From an uncultured delta proteobacterium (lineage in GTDB: Bacteria; Desulfobacterota; Zymogenia; Zymogenales; Zymogenaceae), in contig CAWBYW010000007.1 of the NCBI GenBank assembly GCA_963792965.1, positions 352,001 through 416,000 of the forward strand: a stretch of 64,000 bases of DNA, in the 5' to 3' direction. The notes below the pieces were generated by a model, which was not told the origin of the DNA, did not search any database, and saw nothing but the letters and a program-made list of their open reading frames with translations. This document shows positions 39,775-48,908 of the stretch, in pieces. Within the stretch, counting starts at the first letter, position 1; every line of letters starts with the position of its first letter. The position numbers were made by a program, and so were the translations under genes.

Positions 39775-42570
39775 TTACGCGGAGTCCTGCGATTTCCCTT
39801 TGCCCTTCAGTATCTCGGAAATCTTCTGGGCGAGGTGCGAGAGCTGGGACGGCTTCTGGATGAAGCCGTCCACGCCCAAGTCGATTAAATCGCCGGCCTG
39901 GCCGTTTTCGCTATAGCCGGAGGTAAGGAGCACCTTTACGTCCGGGACCGCCCCACGAATTCGTCCGAGGGTCTCCTTGCCCGAGAGTTTAGGCATCACT
40001 ACATCGAGGATCACCAGGTCGATCTCCCCCTTCTTTTCGAAGAACAGGCCGGCCCCTTCCTGCCCATCCTTGGCCGTAATGATCCGGTATCCCTGCTCGC
40101 TGAGAAAATCACCCCACATCTCTCTCACTACCGGCTCGTCGTCGATCAGCAGGATCGTTGCTACAGACCTGCTCTGCCTCTTCTTAGTGACCTTGGTCGA
40201 GTCCAACGCTCTTCCCTCCACCGCGGGGAAATAGAGCTTAAAGGTGCTCCCCACCCCCGCCTCGCTGTAGACGGTCACGAGTCCCCCATGGTTCTTTACG
40301 ATTCCATAGACCGTCGAAAGGCCCATTCCCGTCCCCCCGATGTGTTCCTTTGTAGTAAAGAATGGGTCGAATATCCGTTCCTTGACCTCCCGGCTCATCC
40401 CCATACCCGTGTCCGTTACCGAAAGGATCACGTAGTCACCCTCACGGGCGTCAAGATGCGTCCTGACGAATTCCGCGTCGAGCTTCTGCGTGAGCGTCTC
40501 GATGATGAGGCGACCCTTCCCCGGCATCGCGTCCCGCGCGTTTATGCAGAGATTGAGGAGACACTGTTCGATTTGTCCCAAGTCTCCTTTAACAGCGGGG
40601 AGATCTTGCACGAGGTGAAGGTCAACCTTGATCGATTTGTCCAGCGTCCCGGTGATAAGCGGGAGCATATTCTTCACAACCGTATTCACCGAAAGCCTGG
40701 CGGGATGGAAGGAGCCGCCCCGCGTGATATTAAGAAGCTCCTGCGTGAGCCGGCTTGCCCGCACGGTTCCCTCGTGTATGATCCTGAGCGCCTTGAAGTC
40801 GGCGTCGTCATCTTTCTTTTTTCCGAGGAGAAGCTCGGAGTACCCCATGATACCCACGAGGATGTTGTTGAAGTTGTGAGCAATCCCCCCCGCAAGGGTA
40901 CCGACGGCTTCCATCTTTTGAGATTGAATCAGCTGCTGTTCGAGTTTTTTCTTTTCCGTCACATCCCGCAGCGTGCCTTGGAAACCGACGACCCGGCTCT
41001 CTTCCCGAATGACGTTCACGCACCCCTCAACGGTGCGCTCCTCACCGTCCTTTCGAATCATCGTATAGAGAGCGCCGCTCATGGGGTGGCCCGTCTCAAA
41101 GAGGCCGTGATAAGCGTTATAGACCGCCTCGGCCTGATCCGGTTTCATGAATTCACGAAAGTTCTTCCCGACCATCTCGTCCCGACGATAGCCCGAGAGT
41201 ATCTCCGCGGCATGGTTTGCCTCGGTGAAGTTTCCGTTGATATCGACGGTAAAGGCCGATTCGATCGAGTTTTCGAAAAGGCTCCTCCACTTTTCTTCCG
41301 ACTCCCTCAATGCCTCCTCGAATCTCCTGCGGTCGGTCACGTCTCGGGTGAAGGTGAGCAGCGCCTGTTGCCCCGCCCACGTGATGAGGACCCCATTGGA
41401 TTCGGCCCATTTGATGGTGTTGTCCTTCGTAAGAAAACGGAATATGGAAAAGAACGAGTAGGCGTCCCCCGATATCTTACGCTCGTATTCCTTGATGATT
41501 TCGAGCCGGTCATCGGGATAGATCAGCTCGATGAAATATTTACCGATCAACTCCTCCCGTGAGTAGCCGGTGATCTCCGAAAGCTTCGCGTTGGCGAACT
41601 TGATAAGCCCGTCCTGGGCGACCATGATGGCCTCCTGGGAGTTATCCACGAGGATTCGGTACTTTTCTTCCGATTCGCGCAGGGCATCCTCGGCTAATTT
41701 TCTATCCGTTATATCGGTGATGATGCCGGTGAGGTTCGGCCCCTCCCTTTCCTGAGAAGAAAGCTGCACCGATACGCGGACATGTTTCACGATCCCACTT
41801 TTGCCCACTACGCGGAAGTGATGGATCTCTTTTTTCCGCGAAACGGCCTTTTCCAGGCCGTCGACGGTTTTCGAAACGTCTTCGGGGTGCACGAAGTCGA
41901 GAAATTTCTTCCCGATAACTTCGTCGGGCTCGTATTCGAAGAGCCGTCGCACCGCGGAGCTTACGTACGTGATGACGCCGCGCGTATCGGCATTAAACAC
42001 TACGTCGGCGAGGTTCTCGATAAGCAACCGGTACCTCTTTTCGCTTGCCGACAGTTGCTCCTGGGCCAGCCCGAGCTCCTCGATCTTTTCCAACAGCTCG
42101 TCGTTCTTTTCCTTCAGCTGAGCCGTTCGATTCCTTACCCGCTCCTCCAGCTCGATATGGGCGCCCATCAGCTGCTGTTCTATCTCTTTTCTGCCAATGG
42201 CATAATGGATGGAGCGAACCAGGAGGTTTCTGTCCGCCTCGCCCTTGAAGAGGTAATCCTGCGCACCTTCCGCGATGGAGAGCCGCGCCAGTTCCTCGTC
42301 TCCGGTGGCGGAGAAGACTACCACAGGGAGCCTGGGCGCCCGCGCGCGAACGGCGCGCAGCGTTTGGATCCCTTCGCTGTCCGGCAGGCCCAGGTCGAGG
42401 ATGAGGATATCGAACTCCTCGGACTCTATGAGCGATAGTCCTGAGGAGAGGGTTTTGGAGCTGGTGAGGGCAAAGGGACCCGGCTTAGTCCGGCCGAGCA
42501 TATCTCCGACCAGCCGTGTGTCGAGGGAGTTGTCCTCGATCAGGAGGACGCGAATCGGTTCTGTTGTCAT
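39775..42570 (-). CDS. Hybrid sensor histidine kinase (REC-PAS-PAS-PAS-HisKA-HATPase-REC), soluble
   Basis: LLIEDN...DLGLPD; three PAS/PAC units; AHNFNN H-box; NARDA, DTGMG, GTGMGL; C-terminal REC domain. Confidence 0.95.
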   Translation of the reverse strand: MTTEPIRVLLIEDNSLDTRLVGDMLGRTKPGPFALTSSKTLSSGLSLIESEEFDILILDLGLPDSEGIQTLRAVRARAPRLPVVVFSATGDEELARLSIAEGAQDYLFKGEADRNLLVRSIHYAIGRKEIEQQLMGAHIELEERVRNRTAQLKEKNDELLEKIEELGLAQEQLSASEKRYRLLIENLADVVFNADTRGVITYVSSAVRRLFEYEPDEVIGKKFLDFVHPEDVSKTVDGLEKAVSRKKEIHHFRVVGKSGIVKHVRVSVQLSSQEREGPNLTGIITDITDRKLAEDALRESEEKYRILVDNSQEAIMVAQDGLIKFANAKLSEITGYSREELIGKYFIELIYPDDRLEIIKEYERKISGDAYSFFSIFRFLTKDNTIKWAESNGVLITWAGQQALLTFTRDVTDRRRFEEALRESEEKWRSLFENSIESAFTVDINGNFTEANHAAEILSGYRRDEMVGKNFREFMKPDQAEAVYNAYHGLFETGHPMSGALYTMIRKDGEERTVEGCVNVIREESRVVGFQGTLRDVTEKKKLEQQLIQSQKMEAVGTLAGGIAHNFNNILVGIMGYSELLLGKKKDDDADFKALRIIHEGTVRASRLTQELLNITRGGSFHPARLSVNTVVKNMLPLITGTLDKSIKVDLHLVQDLPAVKGDLGQIEQCLLNLCINARDAMPGKGRLIIETLTQKLDAEFVRTHLDAREGDYVILSVTDTGMGMSREVKERIFDPFFTTKEHIGGTGMGLSTVYGIVKNHGGLVTVYSEAGVGSTFKLYFPAVEGRALDSTKVTKKRQSRSVATILLIDDEPVVREMWGDFLSEQGYRIITAKDGQEGAGLFFEKKGEIDLVILDVVMPKLSGKETLGRIRGAVPDVKVLLTSGYSENGQAGDLIDLGVDGFIQKPSQLSHLAQKISEILKGKGKSQDSA

Positions 42571-42964
42571 CGACTAAACCCGTTGTTGACAATGAAGATA
42601 AGCCAATAACCGGTCGATGTATGATACCCCGCCCTTCGGATGTCAGGCTCGGAATCGACAACAAGAGGAAAGGAAGTGGGGGTTCGACGCTATTTTATCA
42701 AAAACAGAGGAATGGACAAGTCTTTTATTGATACCGATGAAATAAAAATAGCCTTTCGGGGAGTGTCGGTTGACGACGGTCGTCCTTCTGAAAGGCTTTT
42801 GTTCCGGATGGCAGGAGGTACTGGATATCTCTAAAAAGAAATACGCCTTAGTCTTGAGCGTCGAAGAATCTTGGTTGATTTACGTTATCGTCAAGAAAGA
42901 ACCTCTATTAACCAAATGATACGGTTTTCATATCACACAACTCGTGAACTACAGCAATTTATCC

Positions 42965-43333
42965 CTAATCCCAGTTACCTATATCTTCAAACACGAGAGT
43001 CATGTTCTTACACTTGGGGCAAAGGAAACTGGTGTCGGGGAGCTTGAAAAACTCATCCTTATCGGCGACTCTCCAAATAAAGAGATAACCGTGTTCCTCA
43101 ATTTTTGCCGAAGGGTCGTAAAGAGAAGGGTCGTCGTAAAAGGTGACTTTTCCGTCGCATCCGGGGCATCGTGCTTCGTTCTTCTTCATATAGTTGCGTA
43201 CGAGGAACTCATTGCAGTTCAGGCAAATGGCTGGTGCATTGCAGGTGTCCATGAAGTTCATAAATCCAGCACCGACGAATATATCGCCTGTATCAAAACC
43301 GCACTTACAGAGGCCCCTTAATTTGATTCCCAT
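42965..43333 (-). CDS. Cys-rich hypothetical protein (putative zinc ribbons)
   Basis: CKCG, CLNC, CPGC and CPKC pairs; AT-richer than flanking genes. Confidence 0.7.
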   Translation of the reverse strand: MGIKLRGLCKCGFDTGDIFVGAGFMNFMDTCNAPAICLNCNEFLVRNYMKKNEARCPGCDGKVTFYDDPSLYDPSAKIEEHGYLFIWRVADKDEFFKLPDTSFLCPKCKNMTLVFEDIGNWD

Positions 43334-43496
43334 GACGACCTGCTCGATTGACTTATGGTGACTTTACGACTCCTGATACGTCGGGAGGGAAAAACATCCA
43401 CACTATATATAATACCAAAAATCAGAGTTTGAGACAAAACGGATTCATAAAGAGAGCGTCAATGGACAGGAACAATGCGTTTGAATGGCAATGGAT

Positions 43497-43763
43497 TAAA
43501 CAGAACTCGCCTCAGATGGAACCTGGCGTTAAGAAACCCTGCTATTGAGGTCGTAAACGGAAACAGACTAGCACTATCTCCCTCGGAATTGAGCGGGTTG
43601 ATAGCGAATATCCAGAGCATTCACTCATGCTTCCGGGCCCGCCTAAAACAAATCATGGGGCGGCTGATAGGTATTATCACGCTCCACCCCATGGCTGATG
43701 AGCCCTGCCTGAAAGCCGACTCACTCAGAAGAGTGATGCCATCTCCGGCATCCTAAACAGGAC
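43497..43763 (-). ncRNA. Candidate structured RNA downstream of tRNA-Val (unassigned)
   Basis: About seven consecutive hairpins; several mismatches become G-U pairs on the minus strand; no convincing ORF. Confidence 0.4.
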
Positions 43764-43774
43764 TTTCTTTTCGT

Positions 43775-43849
43775 TGGTAGGCGGTACTGGATTTGAACCA
43801 GTGACTTCCACCGTGTGAGGATGGCACTCTACCGCTGAGTTAACCGCCC
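43775..43849 (-). tRNA. tRNA-Val(CAC)
   Basis: GGGCGGTTAACTCAGCGGTAGAGTGCCATCCTCACACGGTGGAAGTCACTGGTTCAAATCCAGTACCGCCTACCA. Confidence 0.96.
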
Positions 43850-43863
43850 ATGTTTCTTAATTA

Positions 43864-43892
43864 AAGATACACAAGCGCCTTTTCTTTGTCAA
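43864..43892 (-). promoter_or_regulatory. Sigma70 promoter of tRNA-Val
   Basis: Minus strand TTGACA (43892-87), 17 bp, TATCTT (43869-64). Confidence 0.8.
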
Positions 43893-43919
43893 GATTATTA
43901 TTGTAAAGCCGAGCCGTCC

Positions 43920-44684
43920 TCAAATGAGGTACCCACCATCGGCGGTGAAGACCGACCCCGTGGTATAGCCCGCGAGTCCCGAAACCAGGAAGAGCGCCAA
44001 TCCCGCGATCTCGTACGGCTCTCCCACGCGCTTCATCGGGCAGTGCTCCATAAAGACCGAAAGGGGCGCCTCATTGCTCCAGAGAAACTCGGAAAAATGG
44101 GTCTTGACGAGGCCCGGGGCGATGCAGTTGACCCGGATTTTTTTCGCCGCCCATTCAAGCGCGAGGACCTTCGTCAACATGACGACGGCCGCTTTCGTCA
44201 CGCTGTAGAGCCCCGTTCCGAATGCGGGCTTGAATCCCTCGACCGAGGCGATGTTGACGATCGCTCCCCCGCCCCCCTTTTCCATCAGGGGCATCACGCG
44301 CTGGCTCAGGAAGAGATATGCCTTGACATTGATGTCCATCATCTTGACGAACAACGCCTCGTCGATCTTCTCTATCGGCCCGAAGACCGGGTTGATGGCC
44401 GCGTTGTTGACAAGGATATCGACCGTCCCGAACCGCTCGACGGCGGCATTTACCAGCTTTTCAAGGTCGTCGACCTTCCCGGTGTGGGCGGATACGGCAA
44501 GCCCCTTGCCGCCTGCCGCCTCGATCTCTCGCGAGACCCGCTCGAGGTCGGGGAGCTTCCGGCTTGCAACCACGACGTTTGCCCCCGCTTCCCCGAGCGC
44601 CAGCGCGATATCTCTCCCAATACCCCTGCTCCCACCGGTGACGATCGCGGTTTTCCCGGTAAGCTTCAGCTTGTCGATGTACAT
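43920..44684 (-). CDS. Short-chain dehydrogenase/reductase (DHRS4-like)
   Basis: TGGSRGIG, ASRK, NNAAINPVFG, YSVTKAA, IAPGLVKT. Confidence 0.92.
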   Translation of the reverse strand: MYIDKLKLTGKTAIVTGGSRGIGRDIALALGEAGANVVVASRKLPDLERVSREIEAAGGKGLAVSAHTGKVDDLEKLVNAAVERFGTVDILVNNAAINPVFGPIEKIDEALFVKMMDINVKAYLFLSQRVMPLMEKGGGGAIVNIASVEGFKPAFGTGLYSVTKAAVVMLTKVLALEWAAKKIRVNCIAPGLVKTHFSEFLWSNEAPLSVFMEHCPMKRVGEPYEIAGLALFLVSGLAGYTTGSVFTADGGYLI

Positions 44685-44932
44685 GGGGCCTTCCTCCTTC
44701 CTAATGTGCGTTCATAGAACCAACGGATTTCGTCCAACATCCGTCTCTCTCACTTCGGTCTGCGGACATTTGCGATTCATGCCATTCACCGCGGCACGCC
44801 CGAAGCGTGCCGAGCCTTAGCGCCGCATCCTTCTGTTACCACTTTTTTGACTGATTTGCAACTTTTTCGGGATTTTTTACGGAAATCATGAGATACTGGT
44901 AACAATCAATACAATGTGTATTAGGCAGAGGT

Positions 44933-46090
44933 ATGGCGGGAAAAGACCATTACGACGTTATCGTTATCGGAGCCGGCCCCGGAGGACTCGGCGCGGGACT
45001 GGGCGCGCTTGAGGCCGGTGCCGACGTTCTCGTTGTCGAGAAGCAGCGCACCGTTGGTGATACCATCAAGGGCGAGACGATCCATCGAAACCAGGAGATG
45101 GAGCGGATCCTCGGGCCGGGCTTTTTCGATCGCAACACGATCGCTACCACCACCAGGCGTCGGTATTATTCTCCCACCGATTCCCGCTGGATCGACCGGG
45201 TTATCTCTGACCCGAACCTCATCTTCTTCTGGTCTGATTTCACGGACGATATGACGAGGCTGTCTCGGAAGAAGGGGCTCGACATCGCCTTCCAGACCGA
45301 GGTGATCGACCTCCTGGTGGAAGGAGGGCGCGTCGCCGGGGTGAAGGTGAGGCATGGAAAAGCGATACGCGAGCTGACCTGTCGGGTCGTCATCGGGGCC
45401 GACGGCACGGAGGGGATCACCTCGCGGGCCCTCGGCATCAGGCGGGACGCCATCGACTGCCCGGTCCTCAAGCTCCGCGTCGAGAAGATGGATTATCCCG
45501 ACATCCGCCTCGAATATTTTACCCACATCTACGCCGACGATCCGCCCTCGGTCGGCTACATCTTTCCGAGCGGAGAGGGAAAAGCCGACGTGGGGCTCCT
45601 CATCTTCAAACCCAACGCACGCAAAAACACGCCGATACCCGACGCACATAATGTCGGCGATTTTCTCGACCGTTTCATCGACAGACACCCTGTCTTCAGG
45701 GACCGGATGCGGACGGCAAAAGAGACCTACCGTCTCTTCACGATCATCCCCATGGGCGGCTTCATCGAGCGGTTCGTCCCCGCCCTCGGGGTTGTCATGG
45801 TGGGCGACGCGGCGGGCCAGGTTGAGGCCAAGGGCGGCAGCGGCATTGCCTCGTCGTTTCTCATCGGTCATCACGCGGGAGGGATCGCGGGCAGATTCGC
45901 CAAGGCAGGCCGTGCGTGGGATATGCGTCAGGCAAGGCGTATGGAGGCCGAGATCAAGACCCACCCCGCTTACGTCAAGGTGGCTTCATATTATCGCTAT
46001 ATCCGCCCGGTGCGCTCGCTCATGTTCATGATCCATAACGCCGAGACGGCCGACCGGCGCTTCGGGCTGATATCGAAGGTACTGAGGTAG
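44933..46090 (+). CDS. Geranylgeranyl-reductase-like FAD-dependent oxidoreductase
   Basis: YDVIVIGAGPGG, IGADG, GYIFP, IPMGG, VGDAAGQV...GGSGI. Confidence 0.85.
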   Translation: MAGKDHYDVIVIGAGPGGLGAGLGALEAGADVLVVEKQRTVGDTIKGETIHRNQEMERILGPGFFDRNTIATTTRRRYYSPTDSRWIDRVISDPNLIFFWSDFTDDMTRLSRKKGLDIAFQTEVIDLLVEGGRVAGVKVRHGKAIRELTCRVVIGADGTEGITSRALGIRRDAIDCPVLKLRVEKMDYPDIRLEYFTHIYADDPPSVGYIFPSGEGKADVGLLIFKPNARKNTPIPDAHNVGDFLDRFIDRHPVFRDRMRTAKETYRLFTIIPMGGFIERFVPALGVVMVGDAAGQVEAKGGSGIASSFLIGHHAGGIAGRFAKAGRAWDMRQARRMEAEIKTHPAYVKVASYYRYIRPVRSLMFMIHNAETADRRFGLISKVLR

Positions 46091-46131
46091 AAGAGGCATC
46101 TCCATCATGCCCTATGAATCGACGAAAATGT

Positions 46132-46167
46132 AACGGGCGCCTGTGTGGCGCCCGTTCGTATTTTTTT
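46132..46167 (+). terminator. Intrinsic terminator between convergent genes
   Basis: AACGGGCGCC-TGTGT-GGCGCCCGTT followed by a T run. Confidence 0.75.
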
Positions 46168-46207
46168 CCCCTACCTGGCCCCCAAGAAATCGAAGATTTC
46201 CTTGGGG

Positions 46208-47380
46208 TTAGAATGCCTTCTTCAGGATATCCAGCGCCACATCAAAGGTGATCTCTTCCGGGTTTATCGTGCAGGAGCCGTCGTTGATGGCGGCCCTGGC
46301 GATATCGGGGAGCTGTTCCTTCTTCACACCCGCATCCGAGAGCTTCGTCGGCAGGCTGCTGGCCTTTTCGAGCTCCTTGCCGAGTTTCCTCACCGCGGCG
46401 ACGGTAGCCTTAGCGTCCTCAAGGGCCTTCCCCGTGGCGTGGGCTCCCATGAAAGGAGCGAGCTCTCCGATGATACCCGCCACCTTCTTGAAGTTATTTT
46501 CCATGCCGTACGGCAACAGGATCGCATTTGCCACCCCGTGGGGCACCCGGGCGACACCGCCCGTGGCGTGGGCCAGGCCGTGCACGACGCCGACCAGCGA
46601 GTTGGAGAATGCGGCGCCGGCGATCGTCGCGGCATTCAGCATCGCCAGCCTCGCCTCCTTGTCTTTCGGCTCCTTGACCGATTTGAGCAGGTACTCATGG
46701 ATGAGGCGGATAGCGGCGATGGCAAATCCATCCGAGACCGGGTTCTTGGCCAGGCAATAATAGGCCTCCATGGCGTGGGTCAGCGCGTCCATTCCGGTGG
46801 CGGCCGTGATCTTGGGGGGCATCGTCATGGTCATGCGCGGATCGAGGACGGCCGCCTTCGGGAAGAGCTTGCTTGAGGTGAAGGCCATCTTGGTGTGGCT
46901 CTTTTCATCATAGATGACCGCGGCGCTCGTGACTTCCGACCCGGTGCCCGCGGTCGTCGGGATGGCGATAAAGGGCATCATATCCTTCTCGAGCCGGTCG
47001 ACCCCCTGGAATTTCATGAGGTCGTCGGTCTTTTCCACGACGATCATATTGGCGCACTTGGCCGTGTCGATGACGCTCCCGCCGCCGACGGCGATGAACG
47101 AGTCGCACTTCTTGTCCTTGAACAATTTCGCGACCCGATTGACCACGCCGCTGCCGGAATCGGGTGGGGTCTCGTCGAAGATCACGCCGATCTTGATGTT
47201 GGAATCCGCGAATACCTCAGTCACCAGCTTGATGAGGCCGGCTTTTACGACGCCCTGATCGGTGACGACAAGCGGACGCTTTGCACCGAGGAGCGTCAGC
47301 TCATAGGGGAGGTTCGAGAGGGCCTTGAGGCCGCTCAGGATCTTAACCGGGCAGATGAATTCGTAATATTGGGGCAGCAT
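46208..47380 (-). CDS. Iron-containing alcohol dehydrogenase
   Basis: GGGSVIDTAK, PTTAGTGSE, DALTHAME, HGLAH, PHGVAN. Confidence 0.95.
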   Translation of the reverse strand: MLPQYYEFICPVKILSGLKALSNLPYELTLLGAKRPLVVTDQGVVKAGLIKLVTEVFADSNIKIGVIFDETPPDSGSGVVNRVAKLFKDKKCDSFIAVGGGSVIDTAKCANMIVVEKTDDLMKFQGVDRLEKDMMPFIAIPTTAGTGSEVTSAAVIYDEKSHTKMAFTSSKLFPKAAVLDPRMTMTMPPKITAATGMDALTHAMEAYYCLAKNPVSDGFAIAAIRLIHEYLLKSVKEPKDKEARLAMLNAATIAGAAFSNSLVGVVHGLAHATGGVARVPHGVANAILLPYGMENNFKKVAGIIGELAPFMGAHATGKALEDAKATVAAVRKLGKELEKASSLPTKLSDAGVKKEQLPDIARAAINDGSCTINPEEITFDVALDILKKAF

Positions 47381-47417
47381 TGCTTTTCTCCTATTCTTCT
47401 ATTTTATTTATGACAGC

Positions 47418-47960
47418 CTACTTCGTCGCGCTCAGCGCCATGTCTATTCCCATGGTGAGGTAGACATAGAGCTTGAAAAGCTTCTGCTTGAGCGTGAGCC
47501 TTGGCGGCAGCTTGAATACCTTCTTAAAGACGATCCCCGGCAGGAGATAGGCCTGGACGATCCCCATCGCTCGGTTGGCCCTGATGCCGTCGGTCACGTT
47601 CCCGTGCAGCAGCGCCCGATGCTGGATAAACGCCACGTGAGATCCCATCTGCGCGGTAAACGGCAAAAAGGCGCAGTCCACGTTCTTGAAGAGGATCTTG
47701 ACGTCCGGTTTCTTATACCCCCTGCCGAGGTAACGGATCGCCCCGTTTTCCTCCTTGAGCGATATAGCCGGTCCCTTGGGGAGGACGCCGAGCGAGATGA
47801 CGATCCCCTTTTTCCAGTCTTTGATCTCCTCCTTGAGCTCGGCGCTGTGACGGGAAACCTTCTCGAAGGTGACCCCGAGGGCGAGGAGCGCGATGCTTAC
47901 GACCGTCTTTTTGAGTCGATACGATAAGGAAGGTTTGAGAGTATCCGTTCGTTCTTCCAT
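47418..47960 (-). CDS. Hypothetical protein, possibly SCP2 (lipid-carrier)-like fold
   Basis: 180-aa ORF with RBS, directly upstream of the Fe-ADH; the fold guess comes from the beta-rich PDVKILFK...LLHGN pattern and is inference only. Confidence 0.6.
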   Translation of the reverse strand: MEERTDTLKPSLSYRLKKTVVSIALLALGVTFEKVSRHSAELKEEIKDWKKGIVISLGVLPKGPAISLKEENGAIRYLGRGYKKPDVKILFKNVDCAFLPFTAQMGSHVAFIQHRALLHGNVTDGIRANRAMGIVQAYLLPGIVFKKVFKLPPRLTLKQKLFKLYVYLTMGIDMALSATK

Positions 47961-48120
47961 ATATATCCCCTTATAAAATTAAATAAGTGTCACTCACCTG
48001 GCGGGCATTATATCATTCAAGATACAAGTTTCAATATAAATGTAAACGGATCTCCCCATTATTTCGACCAGCATCTCACCTATTTTTGCACAAAGCCGTC
48101 CATCGTTTTAGAAAAATATC

Positions 48121-48161
48121 TTGACATGCCTCTGCGTTTCCGTTATCTTCAAGTTGAACTT
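48121..48161 (+). promoter_or_regulatory. Sigma70 promoter with a palindrome over the start site
   Basis: TTGACA (48121-26), 17 bp, TATCTT (48144-49); AAGTT-G-AACTT at 48151-48161. Confidence 0.7.
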
Positions 48162-48182
48162 TATGCTTTAAGCTTTCATATT

Positions 48183-48884
48183 ATGCCCATCAAGATCAGT
48201 GAGCTGGGGCGGATCACCGGAGTCCCGCAGTCCACCATTCGATACTACGTCAAGGAAGGGATCCTCCCCAAACCGACCAAGGTCAACAAGTCGATGGCCT
48301 ACTACGATGAATCGTGCATCGAGCGGATCGCCCTCGTGCGCGAACTCCAGGAAAAGAAATACTACCCGCTGTCCGTGATCCGAAACATCATGTCGCGTAT
48401 GGACAGCGGAATTGATATCTCCTCCCTCCTGTCGCTTGAAGACGCCATATTCGGCCCGCGGACCCAGGGCGACCAGCGCCTCCTCACAAGAGAGGAGTTC
48501 CTGGCCGCAACCGGTATCGAGGAACAGCTCCTGACAGCGGCCGAATCGCTCGGGATTATCATCCCCTACAACAGGGGGACCAAGAAGCCGTATAACCAGG
48601 AGGATGTGATTTTTACCAGGAGTATCATCAAGGGAAGCAATGAGCTCGGCATCGACATTCATGAGATAACCTTCTATGTGGAGTTCGGCAAGAAGATCGT
48701 CGAGGAAGAAATACGGCTGAGGAAGAAGATCGTGGCGGGTAAAAACAAGGATGAGAACATCAGGATCACCGCAACTCTCTCCGAGCACGCCGATGAGCTC
48801 AGGGGCTATATCCTGCGCAGGCTCTTCCAGTCCAAGGTCAAGGAGATGATGGAAAAATCGAAAGAGAAAAAATCCTCACCGTAA
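48183..48884 (+). CDS. MerR family transcriptional regulator
   Basis: IKISELGRITGVPQSTIRYYVKEGILP...YYD HTH; a second degenerate HTH (LTREEFLAATGI). Confidence 0.9.
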   Translation: MPIKISELGRITGVPQSTIRYYVKEGILPKPTKVNKSMAYYDESCIERIALVRELQEKKYYPLSVIRNIMSRMDSGIDISSLLSLEDAIFGPRTQGDQRLLTREEFLAATGIEEQLLTAAESLGIIIPYNRGTKKPYNQEDVIFTRSIIKGSNELGIDIHEITFYVEFGKKIVEEEIRLRKKIVAGKNKDENIRITATLSEHADELRGYILRRLFQSKVKEMMEKSKEKKSSP

Positions 48885-48908
48885 TAGTCCTCGTTCCCCT
48901 GGAGGTGA

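Noticed and set aside
43695-43714. CTGATGAG...GAAA hammerhead-ribozyme-like core
   Set aside because: Stem II cannot form properly, no matching stem III or NUH cleavage site, and the surrounding structure favours the opposite strand
43475-43756. 93-aa plus-strand ORF over the structured segment
   Set aside because: No recognisable motif, atypical composition, convergent on the tRNA without a terminator
43497-43770. RNase P, tmRNA, 6S or retron identity for the structured segment
   Set aside because: GAAAGTCC and ACAGAAC-like words lie on opposite strands; no tRNA-like ends, no single long rod, and no reverse transcriptase in the window
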